A stretch of DNA of 64,000 nucleotides from Eledone cirrhosa (GCA_964016885.1 OZ024740.1:267468001-267532000); one strand, 5' to 3'. Shown: positions 13,520 to 28,240, numbered from the stretch's first letter. Made by a program: numbers and translations. Notes: generated from the sequence alone by a model not told the origin.

Positions 13520-13577
<58 letters not shown>

Positions 13578-14329
13578 AACATATATATATATATACATAT
13601 ATATTCAAGCACATATATACACATACTCATGAAGGTATTGTATATCTTTGAGTGATATTCATGGAATTTTGCAGAGTAGTAAAAACTATTCATAGAATGA
13701 CAATGACAACATCAACAATAACAACAATATCAATGATGTTGAGGAAGGAAGAGGGTGTTTCCTTCGTGTGTGTGTGTGTGCATTATATAATGCCCAAAAT
13801 GTTGGTTGGCTGGCCGGTTGGTTGGTCTAATTTCACATGTCACACTTTCCAACTTTCCATCATATAGAGAGATGGGGAGAGATGGAGAGAGAGTATTAAC
13901 AGTAAAGGGTGAAGTAAGAGTATGCATACAGTCTAAGGTGGTAGGTAATCAGAAAGGGAGAGTTAGTTGCAAAGAAGAATACTGGAGAGCATGCTTGCAC
14001 ACACACACAAACAAGCATTCAGACACTCACACAAACACACAAACTTTCAGACACACACCCGCACAAATAAATGTCATCTGCTGAGTGTTTGTATAAAGCT
14101 GTTTTCTTGTTACACATTCTTTGTTGATCAATGGAATAATCATATATGATTTTTTACACAAATCATTGCTTTTCTAATACTATATTTGTAGTACATATTA
14201 GATTTATATTTTTCAATACAGTAGGAAATACGTTAATTTGACATGTTTATATACTCTTCTTTGCCCACTTTTTCTTGAGAGGGTCATGAGGGGGGGGGGG
14301 GGAGTCCTCAGATACTCCTTCCAGCAGAT

Positions 14330-14495
14330 TCTGTCAGAAATAACTGTCTCCAACTGCTCCGGTTGGATCCTCAAGCATGACCAGCCAAACTCAACGATTT
14401 TATCTACTCCTTCCAGTGGGTCCTGTCAGAAATAACTGTCTCTAACCGATCCGGCTGGATTCCCAAGCATGACCAGCAAAGCTCAAGGATGTTAT
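14330..14495. repeat. Tandem duplication of a ~92-bp unit
   Basis: ctgtcagaaataactgtctc...caagcatgaccagc occurs twice. Confidence 0.8.
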
Positions 14496-15107
14496 CCAAC
14501 TGTCTTACTTGGTGTCTACCCCTGGGTCTCTTTCTGGTTGGTTTTGTCTGTAAAATCAGTTTAGCGATTCTTTATATACATATAAGATATGGGTGAAGAC
14601 AGGAAAATGGACACATACAAACAGTCTCATCACATCAGTCAACCATTAGAGATACATTGTATTAGTATGTTAAGATCGATACAACTGACTCTAGTGCACA
14701 AGGGACTGTATAAATGAACAATGTGTGTGTGTGTGTGTGTGTGTATTTATATACTCATTCAGGCAGTATTGGTTAATCCTGTACTATATATGTACAGATA
14801 TGGCTTTATCATATATTTGCAATGTTGCATCCATGGTGAATTCATTTAATTATTTTTATTAACACATTTATGTATTTCTATTTATTTATCTTCTATTACC
14901 TTCCATAGTAAATGAATATTTCTGAGATTTATCTGTCATATGATGGGTAACACTTTAGTATATATATATAAATATGATAAAAATCTGTTAGTGAAAACAA
15001 AAAGTAGTTAATAGATAACATATATAGAATGAAGGTGCTGTATATTACACACACATATGTGTGTGTGTGAGTGTCAAACATATACACAGACATAAATCTC
15101 TCTCTCT

Positions 15108-15146
<39 letters not shown>

Positions 15147-15742
15147 GCAAATACAAGAATATATATCATAGTATCAGGCAGAATGGTTTATCTTTATGAA
15201 AAACAAAACAAGACAAATTTTATTGCTTTTACTACTTTACTGCAAATATTCAATGTCAATTACATTAACTTAAGTTTTGCAATACATGACCACCATATCT
15301 TTCATACATAGTATGTATATAACTTAAGTACTTTTAGAAAGTCTGTCGAGATCATCAACATGTTCAATATATCATAATAAAAATTTCAAAACTTAATATA
15401 TGACTAGAAATATGAATAATTTATTTTATTAGAGCTGCAAAGCTATAATAGTGATTCAAGGGCCAGGGATGTCATGATTAATGCATATACTTATTTAATA
15501 AATGCATTAAGTATGAAACTCTTGGCCCTTAAGTCACTAGTTTAGATTCACAGAGCACAGAAACTGATGATCAGTCCAGATATATTTGATACCCACTAGA
15601 AGTCATTTATCTTACTGATTAACGTATGTGTGCACTCTGAGTAATGGGTTTGTATTTCTAGTGTATATCATTGAGTGAGTAAGAGACGGCTGAAGCTATA
15701 CTGATTCTCTTCAACTAGCTTCGCAAACCTATATATATATAT

Positions 15743-16130
15743 ATCATCATCGTTTAACGTCTATCTTCCATGCTAGCATGGGTTAGACAGGTTTGTCCCA
15801 CTTGAGGCAAGTTGGGTTGGGTGACCATGTCTCGCTCGTATAGGACTGTTCCTGGCTGGTTTTCTATGGCTGGATGCCCTTCCTAGTGCCAACCACAATT
15901 ACAGTGTGTGCTGGGTGCTTTTTGTCATGACACCTACACAACCACTTTACAGTGTGGGCTGGATGTTTTGTGGTACCAACATAACTTTACAGAGAAAGGA
16001 TGGTGTGGGCAGAAGTGGGAGGAAGGTGTAGGGGTGTGGGGGTGTATATTGGATTAAGAGGGGCCTACTGACTGTAGCTTTAAGTTTGTACGCAAGGGAA
16101 GGCGAGTCTTCTGTATTACTGCAAAGCACA
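15743..16130 (-). mobile_element. RTE LINE 3' UTR fragment
   Basis: catcatcgtttaacgtctatcttccatgctagcatggg terminus; colinear with the 40488 copy. Confidence 0.8.
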
Positions 16131-18479
16131 ACTCTCTTATATCACCTGTGTCATAAACCATACAGATCTACTGCTAGTCAACAAAGTCATCTATGAAGTC
16201 ATGGATGCAGATGGGATGACAATGAAGAATCAATAAGAGACGGCAATTGTCTGCAAAGACATTGCAATCCCTTTATAATGAGCTAATGAAAAATCTACAT
16301 TGTTATTTGACCCACTAGAAATAGCATCCAAAATGTCTTCAAATCATATTTTATTCTATCACCTTACAAAAAATACATTAGGTGATGCAGCCCTAGATAA
16401 TACTCTGCCTGAAAAGAAAATGATGTGACGATCAAGGTTGAAGCTCCTTTGATCTTAAATTTTCACAATAACAGTTGATGTGGGGCTAACAACAATAAAC
16501 AGTTTTTAATCAATTCAGTGTTACAACAGGATTTCAGATTTGGCAGCCACTGCTGACTTAATCGATACTGTAGAACATTTGAATTCAATTTAAACTTGTT
16601 CTTAATACCAGATGACTATAAAAACATCTTTGGGGAGGAAAAAAAGAGACAGAGAAAAACAAAGAGTGAGATAGAGAGGAGAAAAGAAATACAAAGGAGA
16701 AAAAAAAATGCATGATACCAACTTAATACATGAAAGCTTAATGTCAGTATTAAAAATGATATTGAGAACTCAGAGACTTTTAGAAGAGATGGCATATAAT
16801 TCTGAATGGTTGGATGAAAAGTTTAGGAAAATATTCAAGACAAATAACACTTTTTACAAGTCATGGTGACACATGTTAAGGACCAATAAGAGTTTAAAAA
16901 AAATTGATTTTATAACTTCCATCAGTTCTGAGTTCAAGAAAAGATGGTTGAGATAGACATCTCCATTTATATGGTTTCTGTGTTGTAGTTCATTGAGACA
17001 AACTCTTACAAAAAAAAAAAAAAAAGAAGACAGAAAATTTTAAGTCTAGACTTCAAATATTCTGAAGATGTACTGCGCTTAAACATATTGCAGACATGTC
17101 TGTGAGCTGTAGTTAATTACTCCTTACTGCCATGATTCTTTGACAAAAAAAACAACAAAACTGGCAACTTCGAGTGAGAAACTTATCAGTCTTTAGAGAA
17201 AGTATATGAGAAGGTTTGTAAAGATAATTGAATACTAGTCAATTCTTCCTTCAACTGTGTCTAAATAACAAAAAAACCCTTCCCTTACAAAATGGTAATA
17301 GAAATAAACCCTTGTATTGCCTTGTCTTCAGAAGGGTTTATTTTTATCACCATTTTCTAAGGTCATATGAGGTCAACTTTGCCTTTCATCCATTCAAGGT
17401 CTATAAAAAATGTATCAGTTTAGTACTGGGGTCAATTCTTCCTCTATATCCCTTTCTCACTTCCTTTCTCTCACTCTCTCTCTATCCTTCTCTGAAAGAA
17501 ATCTGCTACATTCAGACCTGGAGGAGAGACGGGTTTTGCCAGGTTAAAAGAAAATAAATTCCCCTAGAAATACCATATGTCAATACTGTAACCCTGTAGC
17601 TCCCTCTGGAGTTTTAGGACCATACATTCATATAAGAAATCAACATTTAGTACAGTCTTTCTGTTAATGAAAAAGAATCTAGTTGTTATTGTTGTGTAAC
17701 ACAAGATCAGCTCCATGATCAAAGGCCTTCCACACATGACCATTTCATTTTTTTAAATCAGTTATAGGGGGTATCTAAAACTACACTTTCCAATACAACC
17801 TTCAATCCAATCCAGGGCCTCTGAGGAGTTCATCCACTCTTTTAACAGCTCTTGTTTATTGTGGTGCTGGGGTTCTACTTACCATCCTCACCAGACCAGA
17901 GTCTGGTAGGGGAGTCGGTTTAGCAAGAAGAAACCTGAACTGATCTAATACAACCATATATTCTTTTTAAAACGTTGTTACAATATGATTTCATAGATAT
18001 TTTGTTGCAGTTTTTATAGCAGGTCATGCAATTCTGCAGAGCTCCCTTGCAGGCTCTAAAAACAGCTTTTGCCATATATTTTCTGCCTTTAGTTTTTGTA
18101 ACAATACTGATGTTGCACAATATACTTGATTAACATACAGTCCAATTATAAATACTGTGGAATGCAGTTAGTGACAGAGCTATGACATATTCCATAAAAG
18201 TTATCCTATTGGCAGATTAAATAAAAAGTACATGGATGCAATTGAATAAAAAGCACATGTGTGAGTGTGTGTGTGTATGTCTGTTTTTATGCTGACACTA
18301 TTTAAAAGATTGGTGCTCTTTGATTATGTCCTGTAACTTAGTAGTTTGGCAAATATGGAGCAATAAAATAAGTACTAAATTTCAAAAGACATATGGTAGC
18401 ATGGTTGCAATAAAAATGACAAACTAGTAAAAGAATATAAGAATATGGAAGTATAATTTCCATATAAACATATTTTAAA

Positions 18480-18806
18480 TCAGGGGTAAAGACTCAATTC
18501 GGTCATGAATGATGATGGGATTTGCACTTAGAAAGTTCTCCTCTGAGGCACAAGTCTGGGCAAGGTTGTTGAAGACCAGTTGTCGCCCATGCATACTGGC
18601 TCTCTCCATGTCACTAATGTTATCCAAAGGAAAGGCAATGGCTAATACAGCTTGGTACCAGTGATGTCGCAACTCACTTCTATAGTTGAGTAAACAGGAG
18701 CAATGTGAAATAAAGTGTGTTACTCAAGGACACAATGCATCAACTGGTCTGAGAATCAAACTCACAACCTCACAATTGCAAGCCCAATGCTCTAACCACT
18801 AAGCCT
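18480..18806 (-). mobile_element. tRNA-derived SINE (CORE-like domain)
   Basis: Minus strand ggcttagtggttagagcattgg...gagtttgattctc head, tgtgtccttgagtaacacactttatttcacattgctcc. Confidence 0.7.
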
Positions 18807-20578
18807 TCACTAATTTAAATCATACTTTCATAAAATACTAATTTAACTGTTTAAGATTAAGTTAAATTCTAGCTATTAAGTATAAATATATAATTGCTTA
18901 GCAGCACCCTATCAATTTTAACAAAATATGACATTTTTTATGATCTTGAATTAGCTGAAATCACAAAATAGGTATTAAGAGGTCAACAGTTTTCTACTGT
19001 AATGGAAGTTCTAAATGTTTATGTAGTTGACAGCAGATTTCTTGATGTTGTTCTAAGTGGTTTGCTGTAATTTAATGACACTAAAGGAGATTTATACTAA
19101 AATAGCAGCCTGTCAATCATATAAGGAAATATGATGATGATGATGATTGATTATGAGTGATGAGACATTTTTACATAGATATGAGGAAGTGATGGTCATA
19201 CCTTGGCAACCTGGCGCATTTGGATACCAGCCCAGGCTTTGCTGCCCGCCAGGCCAAAGAGAGCAAACCGTCCAAATATCAGCTGCTCTCTTAACAGATT
19301 GTCAGACAAAGCAATTGACAGTTTTAAGTTACATTCTGAGATTAAATTCTACCAAGGTCAACTTTGCTCTTTATGAAATAAAGTACCTGTTTAATTAAAT
19401 AAGTAAATCAGTCAAGTATTGGCACATTGATTGAATTGTCTGATCAAACCACCAAATTTCCCTTTCTGTGTAGAAATCATTTTTATTGCACTGATTTGAA
19501 TTTTTAGTCAGTTTATCACTGATTCTTCATATAAACAAAGAACTCAGTACCCATATTTTTTTTATTATAGCTACTGATTTTTAACTTGTTTTTGTTTTTT
19601 TATATTTGTTTTATTTTATTATTGTACTATTTGTTTAAATTGTTGTTGTTGATACAAAGATCTCAGGCTGTGCTGACAGCCAACCTAAATTCTCACAGCA
19701 TGAAAGATTGAAATAATGTTTGAGTGAGATTTGTTTGATAGGCCTATTGTTAACTTTGAAGTGTTCAGGTTAAAGAAAGAAAAAACTCACAAAAAAACAA
19801 AACAAAAAAAAAGGCAAAAATGCAGGTAAAAAAAGACATTGGAGAATTATGTAATTTTAATGAAATGTATGGAATTTCATGTTAGATTGAGGAAGTAAAA
19901 AAGTAAGGTGTGAATAACAAGAAGCAGGATGAACACACTTCTTTACCAATGTACAGAGGTTAACAGTCTCTGGTTAACCTTTCATGGCAATCACACCATT
20001 CTTTATTTAACCAATACTGGTTTTCCTTTTTCAGAGTTAGAAAAAAATACTTCAGCCCTGAACTGCTGCTAATTCTATAAATGCACAAGAAATACACTCT
20101 ACAATAGTTGTATTGCTCACCTATCAGGAATTGTGCTCCTACAATGCTCATGTATATCCTTATCCTGGATTTCATCCAAACAATAAACATCTGGCCACCT
20201 GGTTGGCAATCTCACTAGGCCATTGTCAAGCTGTGCCCTTTCTTCATCATTACCACCACCACCACCACCACCACCACCACTACCACTACTACTACAGCAA
20301 CAACAATATTTAGTTTTCTTCTGGAAAATATTCAGACATATTAAAGTGGTCAGGCTGAAAAAATATGTAATTCACTATGGCAAAATGTGTTATGAAAAAT
20401 ACAACAAAAAAATTCTTAATTTACCATAGAAAATCTGACTGAGCAGAACCTGGATCAAAGGTATTCCAGCCATATATATTTCAAATATTTTTTCAAACGC
20501 AAGCTTTCTTTCTTTGAGATTGTACCATCATCACTATCATTATATTCTTCATCTCAACATCCTTTATTGTCAGTTTTT

Positions 20579-20637
<59 letters not shown>

Positions 20638-21451
20638 CATCTATATGCATACATATATATACACATACATATATATAAATATATATACATAAATATATAC
20701 ATAAATATATATACGTAAATATATATTTATGGCTGGCTGGAACAGGTAAAAGAGTAAAAGAATATATATATATATGATGGTTTACCCCTCATTATCGAGT
20801 ATGGCCATTGCACGATATAACATTATTAATAATTATCAATTAATTCTATCGTGCAATGCCTGTGCGTGAAGATGTTTTTAAAGTGAGGAAAGACTGTGCA
20901 CTGAGCCAATTCCACTCCCTGAGCAACAGTAGCTATAAACCGAAAAGAAGAAAAGATTAACATCATCGGTAACTACTGAGCTGTAAGTTTTATGTTGGAG
21001 TTATCCCAGTTTCCTGAGTTGCTTTCTCCTAGAAAAATGCAATGACAAAGGTTAGGTGTCCTTCACTACATATTTAAAACATATTTAAAAGCTTCAACAT
21101 AGCTGTGTATATATGTGTATGTGAATTTCGTATTTTGAAAGATATATGGTATATTTAATATATAAACATTTTGAAAGCCCATCTATGAATATTGAAAAGC
21201 TGACAACTAGCGCTGTTTGGTGGATTCCAGCAGAAGCAGCAAAGGACAACTGTCTATGCACATTTCAAGCTAATGGCTCTCATCGGGACAGTGCTTCCCT
21301 TATGCTTTCTGCTGGAATTCGAAAACAGGTGAGAATATATAGTATTTTCGCCGAGGTGTACGTGGGCTGATTGACCTCATTTGCATATGAAACTGTATAA
21401 GTTGGCTCAACTTAAAAGTAGAATTAAAATTTAAAATTTTAATTTTACATT

Positions 21452-21534
21452 TAATATATGTATACACATACATACACACATACATATACACCTATATATA
21501 TATATACATGCATATATATATATTTATAGATACC

Positions 21535-21595
<61 letters not shown>

Positions 21596-21812
21596 CATAC
21601 ATACACACATACATATACACATATGCATACATATACACATATACATACATATATACACATATACATACATATATACACACATATATACATACATATGTAC
21701 ACACATATATACATACATATGTACACATACATACATATATACACACATACATACATATATACACACATACATACATATATACATACATACACACACATAT
21801 ACATATATATAT
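21452..21812. repeat. (TA)n/(TACA)n compound microsatellite
   Basis: Direct reading. Confidence 0.95.
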
Positions 21813-22228
21813 CATAACGTCCATTTTCCCACTGATGCAGGTATATATATATGTGTGTGTGCATGTATATACAGATAAAATAAGCTCCTCCAGAGAGTAT
21901 ATATACTTGTTAGCAATTGTTAGCCTAAAACGAATATATTTGCTCAGTTTTATCTATATTTTGGTATTTGGTAATTCAGCACTGTCTTCTTAAACTGGGC
22001 AGCAAGGCAACAGGCAAACACCAGAAATACAGAGAATATAAGACATCTTAGAATTTTTTTTCTTTTTCATTGCAAAGATCAAAAGCATTTTGATTTAAAT
22101 CAGATCTCTTAAAGCTTGCAGGTGTACTTTGTAACACTGCACATGGGTTCTATGATATTAAGCAAGAAAATTCATAGCTTTACAATACTGTCTGTGTTTA
22201 AGCTTAATGCTATATGAAACTGTCTGAA

Positions 22229-22260
<32 letters not shown>

Positions 22261-22263
<3 letters not shown>

Positions 22264-22459
22264 CGTTTCTGAATTTGTTTAGCAAGATTCTTTATCTGAA
22301 AACGTGTGTTGAAACCGATATTGTTATACTTTGGGAGGGTCATGTTGCCAATAAGAAACACACGCACCAGTTGCTTTTACTTCAATTTATTATAATAAAT
22401 TGAAGTGAAAGTAACTGGTGTGTGTGTTTCTTATTGGCAACATGACCCTCCCAAAGTAT

Positions 22460-22467
<8 letters not shown>
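22261..22467 (-). mobile_element. TA-flanked fold-back insert: ~57-bp unique tail plus near-perfect ~75-bp-arm palindrome (22318-22467)
   Basis: Arms meet without a spacer at atttatta|taataaat; ~3 mismatches; flanked by (TA)n on both sides; strand inferred from the position of the unique tail. Confidence 0.8.
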
Positions 22468-22491
<24 letters not shown>

Positions 22492-23583
22492 TGCCCACTC
22501 CTATTTTCTTTGTTAGTTTATTGCTAAAACTTTACATTAACAAAGTAATGAAATGATGTATTGTTTAGCTTCAAACCAGACTTGATCAAATACACTAATG
22601 ATTAAAATTAATCCAGCCCTGATGAAGGTAACTTTTTTTCTTCAGGACCTGAAATACATTTTCCAATGTACTCTTCCCTTATCAAGGTATCTAGATACTA
22701 TTCCTAAAAGGTCAACTAAACATACAGAGGCTTTTTTCTTGTCATGAGAGAGTAAAATCATTATTCAATGCTATCAAAACATTGAATGGAAGATATATTA
22801 ATACATCATATACCAAGTAACTGCTATTTTGTGATTTTCTACTCCCTTGCCTTTACAATTAATCAATCACACCAGTCTAAGTTCTTTGATCTGTATCATA
22901 TACTCACAAGACATCTGACTAACCTTACTGACTTTAAAGCAGTGATAGTGCTCTGTAGGTGATTCATATCATAAGGAACTTGGATTGTTAGATTTTTGTA
23001 TGAACATATTTATAGCAAGATAATAATGTAAAGAATTTACTGAGATGAACAAAATATATGTTGAAGTATTATCTTATTAATGTATTGCGTGTAGGTGCGT
23101 TTATTCAGCAGAAGAGCTTCTTTTATTGCTAAATTATGCTGCATTTGAAGGTTTGAACAACTTGTGGCCAATATCAAAAGACTGAGCCAGAAATACATAA
23201 CAATGTTAAAAAAACATATCAGTTAAACTTCAAACAAATCAAAAATATAATAGAAGAGAAAGAGACAAAAATATCAGCAAGCAGCCACCATTAAAACCCA
23301 TACTGACCATTACACTATATTTCAATGCTCACTCCTCATATCAGTACCTTTCTTATTCCTCAAATGCCTTCCTTCTCGATCTAGTTCAACACTTAGTTCT
23401 CATGTCAGCTACTCTTTTGTCTAATGTAACAGTCAGTTCTCAAATCTTTCACCAATTTCCACAGTTATCCAGTCCTCAAACCAGCTACAGTCCTTAAATC
23501 TGCTATTCCTTGACCTACTTTAATACCCAATTCCCAAACCAGCAACTCCATGGCCTACTTCAAACCAGCTACTTTTTGACTCA

Positions 23584-23751
23584 CTGTATTTCCCGGCATC
23601 GAAGACACTACGTTTTTCCTAAAATAAGTCTCAAAAATCTACCATGCGTCCTGGAGGCCAAAGGTTGTTTATTATTTTCTTTCAAATTTTGGGTTGTCAA
23701 AACTAGGGTGCGTCCTCAAGGATGAAGTGTCTTCGGTGCCGGGAAATATGG
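23584..23751. mobile_element. pogo/Tc1-mariner-type MITE
   Basis: TIR ctgtatttcccggcatcgaagacac / gtgtcttcggtgccgggaaatatgg; internal gggtgcgtc motif. Confidence 0.75.
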
Positions 23752-23927
23752 TTGTTTAATACTCAATCCTCAAACCAGTTACTCCTTAGCCTACTGCAAG
23801 ACTTATCCCCCAAACCAGCTACTTCATGACTTAATTCAATACTCAGTCATCAAACTTAATACCCCATCCTTAAATCAGTTGCTCCTTGAACTAGGTTTAT
23901 AGTCAATTCTCAAATTATCTACTCGAT

Positions 23928-24102
23928 TAGGGTGGGCTAAAAAATTCATAAGCTGACTATGAAGGATTGATGCTAGAGCTATGAAATCATGCATTAATTT
24001 CAACTCTTATTAATAACTGCATTGTTTCCTTTCAGGGACTATGTTGAAAAATAAATCTCATTTGGTCATTCCATGGTCTATGAACTTTTCAGCTGACCCT
24101 CA
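23928..24102. mobile_element. Mariner-derived MITE (copy of the 9482 family)
   Basis: TIR-like ends and shared interior gctgactatgaa...gggactatgttgaaaaata. Confidence 0.75.
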
Positions 24103-24864
24103 TATGTCCTAGTTTAATACTCTAGTTAAAAACACAGTCTTTAAGCCTCGTTAATGATCCTCAACCTGACTCTCAACTAGCAACTACTGACACAGAACTA
24201 GCAACTACCACATCTAACCAACCATACCAAACTTACAGTAATTCACCATCTAGTTCTTGTCATCATCTTTGCTCATCACAAGCCAGTGATAACCTAAATA
24301 TTTTTAGATGCATAATTGCTAAACATAAAAAACAAGATGTAATTAGCAAGCTTTACTGAAATTCTTGGTCTGGAAACAACCAATAACAGAACTCAGAGTT
24401 TTCAGTTTAGTAGATGTTGCTAGCTGAACGGAGGTGGTTACAAAAATAGTATTACTGACTACCCAACACCTGAGTAGTCAGTCAGCTAATGAAGAGTAGT
24501 ATGTGAAGTCTGAAGAAAGGTAAATGAAGACACCCTAGTTAAACATACACACATTTACATAAGCACTCATATACATCAAAGGACATAAGAAATATACAAA
24601 GAATATATAAAATCTCCCCTATCTTGCACAACAAATGCACACACCGACATATGTAGGCATGTGCATCTGTGTGTGTGTGGCAGCAGGGAAACATGTATAC
24701 TTATATATATATATATATATATAAATATATGTATATATAAATATATGTGTGTATATAAATATATATGTATATATAAATATATATGTATATATAAATATAT
24801 ATATATAAATATATAAATATAATAATAATAAACAAAAGACAGTTACTTTAGCCCATCCCTATTT

Positions 24865-24939
24865 ATTTTATTATACGTATTTTGAAGATGTATGGCTTAT
24901 GTATAACATAAGTCAAAACATGTTCTCTTCAGATAAAAT
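24865..24939 (-). ncRNA. Minimal type-I hammerhead ribozyme with G12->A substitution
   Basis: Minus strand: attttat CTGAAGA gaacatgt..gacttatg/cataagcc..acatcttc AAAA tacgta TA ataaaat; perfect 7-bp stem I, palindromic stem III; cGAAA->cAAAA fits CpG decay; 3' end abuts TA tract. Confidence 0.8.
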
Positions 24940-26448
24940 CCACAGGATGCAGGCAGTCAGCCGAGCTATTCAGTTTGGTGGCTGGCAAACATATGCCTGG
25001 TAAAAAATCAACCCAAAAGATATTATATGAGTGGGAAAAAAAAAATTAACAGTTGGTGTTGGCGTTTTTGAACTGGCTAAAGTATGAGGTTACCGGATTG
25101 GTAAAATAAATCAAAAGAAAACAAGTATGAACCGTTAGTCTATTTAATTTATCACTTATGTTAAATAGAATTATAGAAATTTAATGATGCTAAAGTTATA
25201 ATGCATCTATATAACAAAGAACATTTTAAAATAAATTTTAAATTACTAATTTCGTAGTCAATTTATCATTGTTTATATTTACAATTTTAATTTAATAGAT
25301 ATTATATAAGTGGACACATATTTAACATTTGGTGTTGCTATTTTTAAGAACTTAGTTACCGCATTAAGACATTTAGTTCAAAGGGAAAGATGTATGTATT
25401 ATAGCCTAATTTATCATTTTATGTTAGAATTAATTCACTTAGATACTATTTAAAAATTAAGAAAGATTTTAAAGTTATAATGAAGGAAAATTATATAACT
25501 AATTTCATAGTCTATTTAGCATTATTTACATTTTAACAACAAATTGGCTTCAAACTATATATAAAGAAACTTTGTATTGCTTATTTCATAGTATATTTAG
25601 CTTTATTTAAAATTTTAACTAAATACCCTATGAAACGTATTGCCGAATTTGTGAAGACAAGAGCTAACGATTTCCGAGCGTTTATTTATACTCAATTGTT
25701 TATTTTCTATGATGTGAAGAATCTCTGTCGTACAGAGGTCACACTGTTCATATATAGATGCATTTTCATAAGGAAAAGTATAAGAAAGTGTCCGCCAAGA
25801 AAAGGAATATTCAATATTATTATTTTTAAGCGACCAAATTAATTCTGAGAGGGCCGTGCTAAATCGTTTATCTTTTCTTTTAAACGAGCGGGATTGTTAT
25901 ACCACCTTTCTTTAAATTTAGAAGAAGTGGCACCAATATTATAAGACTTATTATTCGTTTTAACACTGCATTCATAAACTAGATTACGATCAAGACAGTT
26001 ATTACTTTATGGGTAAAAATTACAGTTTTTACAATTACAATTATTTCCGTTACTATTCAAAATTCCCTCTCTGTGTCTGTATGTTGGTAGGTTTCTCTCA
26101 TCTCTGTTAATCGAATTATCACTGCTGTACGAGATGTTATTTATTCTATTAGTGATATTATGTTTACAATTGTGAGTCATCTCCCTACGTTTAATTCCAA
26201 GATTTCTATTGTTAATTTTTACTATATTTTGGGCAATATTTTTAGTAGTTGAGTAAAAAAGTTTAATTGAGTGTCGGTTAAAAATTTTACTGTATTTGTG
26301 TGATCTAGGAAAACATCTATCTAGTGCATTAAAGAAAAGACTAGCTAAGTTCTTAATTCCAATAGATAGTGGTGGATTATACCACAGAATGGAACGGGAT
26401 CGAACCCTCTTATGTGATTTATTGGTTGCATAGAAGTTAAATAAATAA

Positions 26449-26486
<38 letters not shown>

Positions 26487-26560
26487 TCATCATCATCATT
26501 TTACGTCCGCTTGCAAGGGTGGGACAATATATATATAAGTTAAATAAATATATATATTTA

Positions 26561-26730
26561 GATGGACCATAACGCAGCAGAGTACTCAATACTTAGGGTA
26601 GTAGAGTGGGTAATAGAAAAATGTTTGACCCCCGACGGCAGAGCTCAAGCTGTTGCAACGGCTATTTCTAGCTGGACTAAAATAGCCGTCGAAACAGCCT
26701 GAGCTCTGCCATCGGGGTCAAACATTTTCC

Positions 26731-26731
<1 letters not shown>
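26561..26731 (-). mobile_element. ~190-bp TA-targeting fold-back element, family F (half-hammerhead)
   Basis: Shared tail ggaccataacgca..gtactcaatacttagggtagtagagtgggtaatag plus ~55-bp-arm hairpin; flanked by (TA)n. Confidence 0.85.
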
Positions 26732-26772
<41 letters not shown>

Positions 26773-27295
26773 AATAATATATATACATATAAATAATATA
26801 TATACATATAAATATATATATAATGCCCTATTAAAAATTTGAGTGGTGGAGATTGTTCATAAAATATGGGTATAATTTCAGTGGATTTTTGGAAAATCTT
26901 ATAGCTGTTCTGCTGTTTCAAGAAAATTATATAAGGGTTATATGACAAAATAAAATTGGGAATGGTCTCAGGAATAGGCAAAACAATAGCAAAAAAGAAA
27001 ATAAAAAAAAAATCAAACATTTTCAACAGAATCCTCATTTTTGTGACAGTATTTTTACCTATTTGAGAAAAAAAATCAATGGTATAGATTGAGATTAATG
27101 AAAAATGTATTGATATAAGGTATCACGAATGTAAAAGAATTTTCAATAAATTAAAATTTTTCTCTAAAACAGAGAAAGAAAAAATACAATTATTAGATCT
27201 AGTTTATGGGACAACTGCCATAAACCAAACATCAATGTTATTATCACAAACTCTTGGTAAATATGAAAAAGTGTGTATATATGCATGCATATATG

Positions 27296-27369
<74 letters not shown>

Positions 27370-27693
27370 CATGCATATATATATACATACAAGCATATAT
27401 ATACAGTATATATACATACATATATATATACATACATACATGCATATATATATACATACAAGCATATATATACAGTATATATACATACATATATATATAT
27501 ACATACATGCATATATATACAGTATATATACATACATATATATATATACATACATGCATATATATATAGTATATATACATACATATATATATATATATAC
27601 ATGCATATATATATATACATACATGCATATATAAATATATACATACATGCATATATATATACATACATGCATATATATATGTAAATATATATA

Positions 27694-27972
27694 TCATCAT
27701 CATCATCATCATCATCATCGTTTAATGTCCGTGTTCCATGCTTGCATGGGTTTGGACGGGAGTTTTCCCACTTGAGGCAAGAGTGGTTGTCTTGCTCGCA
27801 TAGGACTGTCTGGCGGGTTTTCTACAGTTGATGCCCTTCCTAACACCAACCACATTTACAGTGTGGGGCTGGGAGGTTTTTACCGTGTTGCCTACACGGC
27901 CACATTACAGCGTGGACTGTGTGTTTTTTTTTGTCGTGAGGCCTACACGATCTCATTTGTTTCGGCCTGGAT
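27694..27972 (-). mobile_element. RTE LINE 3' terminal fragment
   Basis: (CAT)n then cgtttaatgtccgtgttccatgcttgcatggg; colinear with 40488-40760. Confidence 0.85.
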
Positions 27973-28109
27973 TTTATATATATATACATATACATATATA
28001 TATACATACATGCATATATATATATACATATATATATATATACATATACATACATGCATATATACATACATATATATATATATACATACATATATATACA
28101 CATACATGC

Positions 28110-28156
<47 letters not shown>

Positions 28157-28174
28157 CATACATGCATATATATA

Positions 28175-28212
<38 letters not shown>

Positions 28213-28240
28213 CATACATACATATATATACATACATGCA

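Noticed and set aside
17950-18200. Possible decayed GIY-YIG endonuclease on the minus strand (VYCAT..RKYM)
   Set aside because: Needs several frameshifts and lacks the YIG motif; cannot be supported without an HMM search
22615-22675. Apparent hammerhead CTGATGA-aggt..acct-GAAA-tacatt..aatgta
   Set aside because: No U16.1 or stem I partner; lies in a decayed copy of a common interspersed repeat, so probably chance
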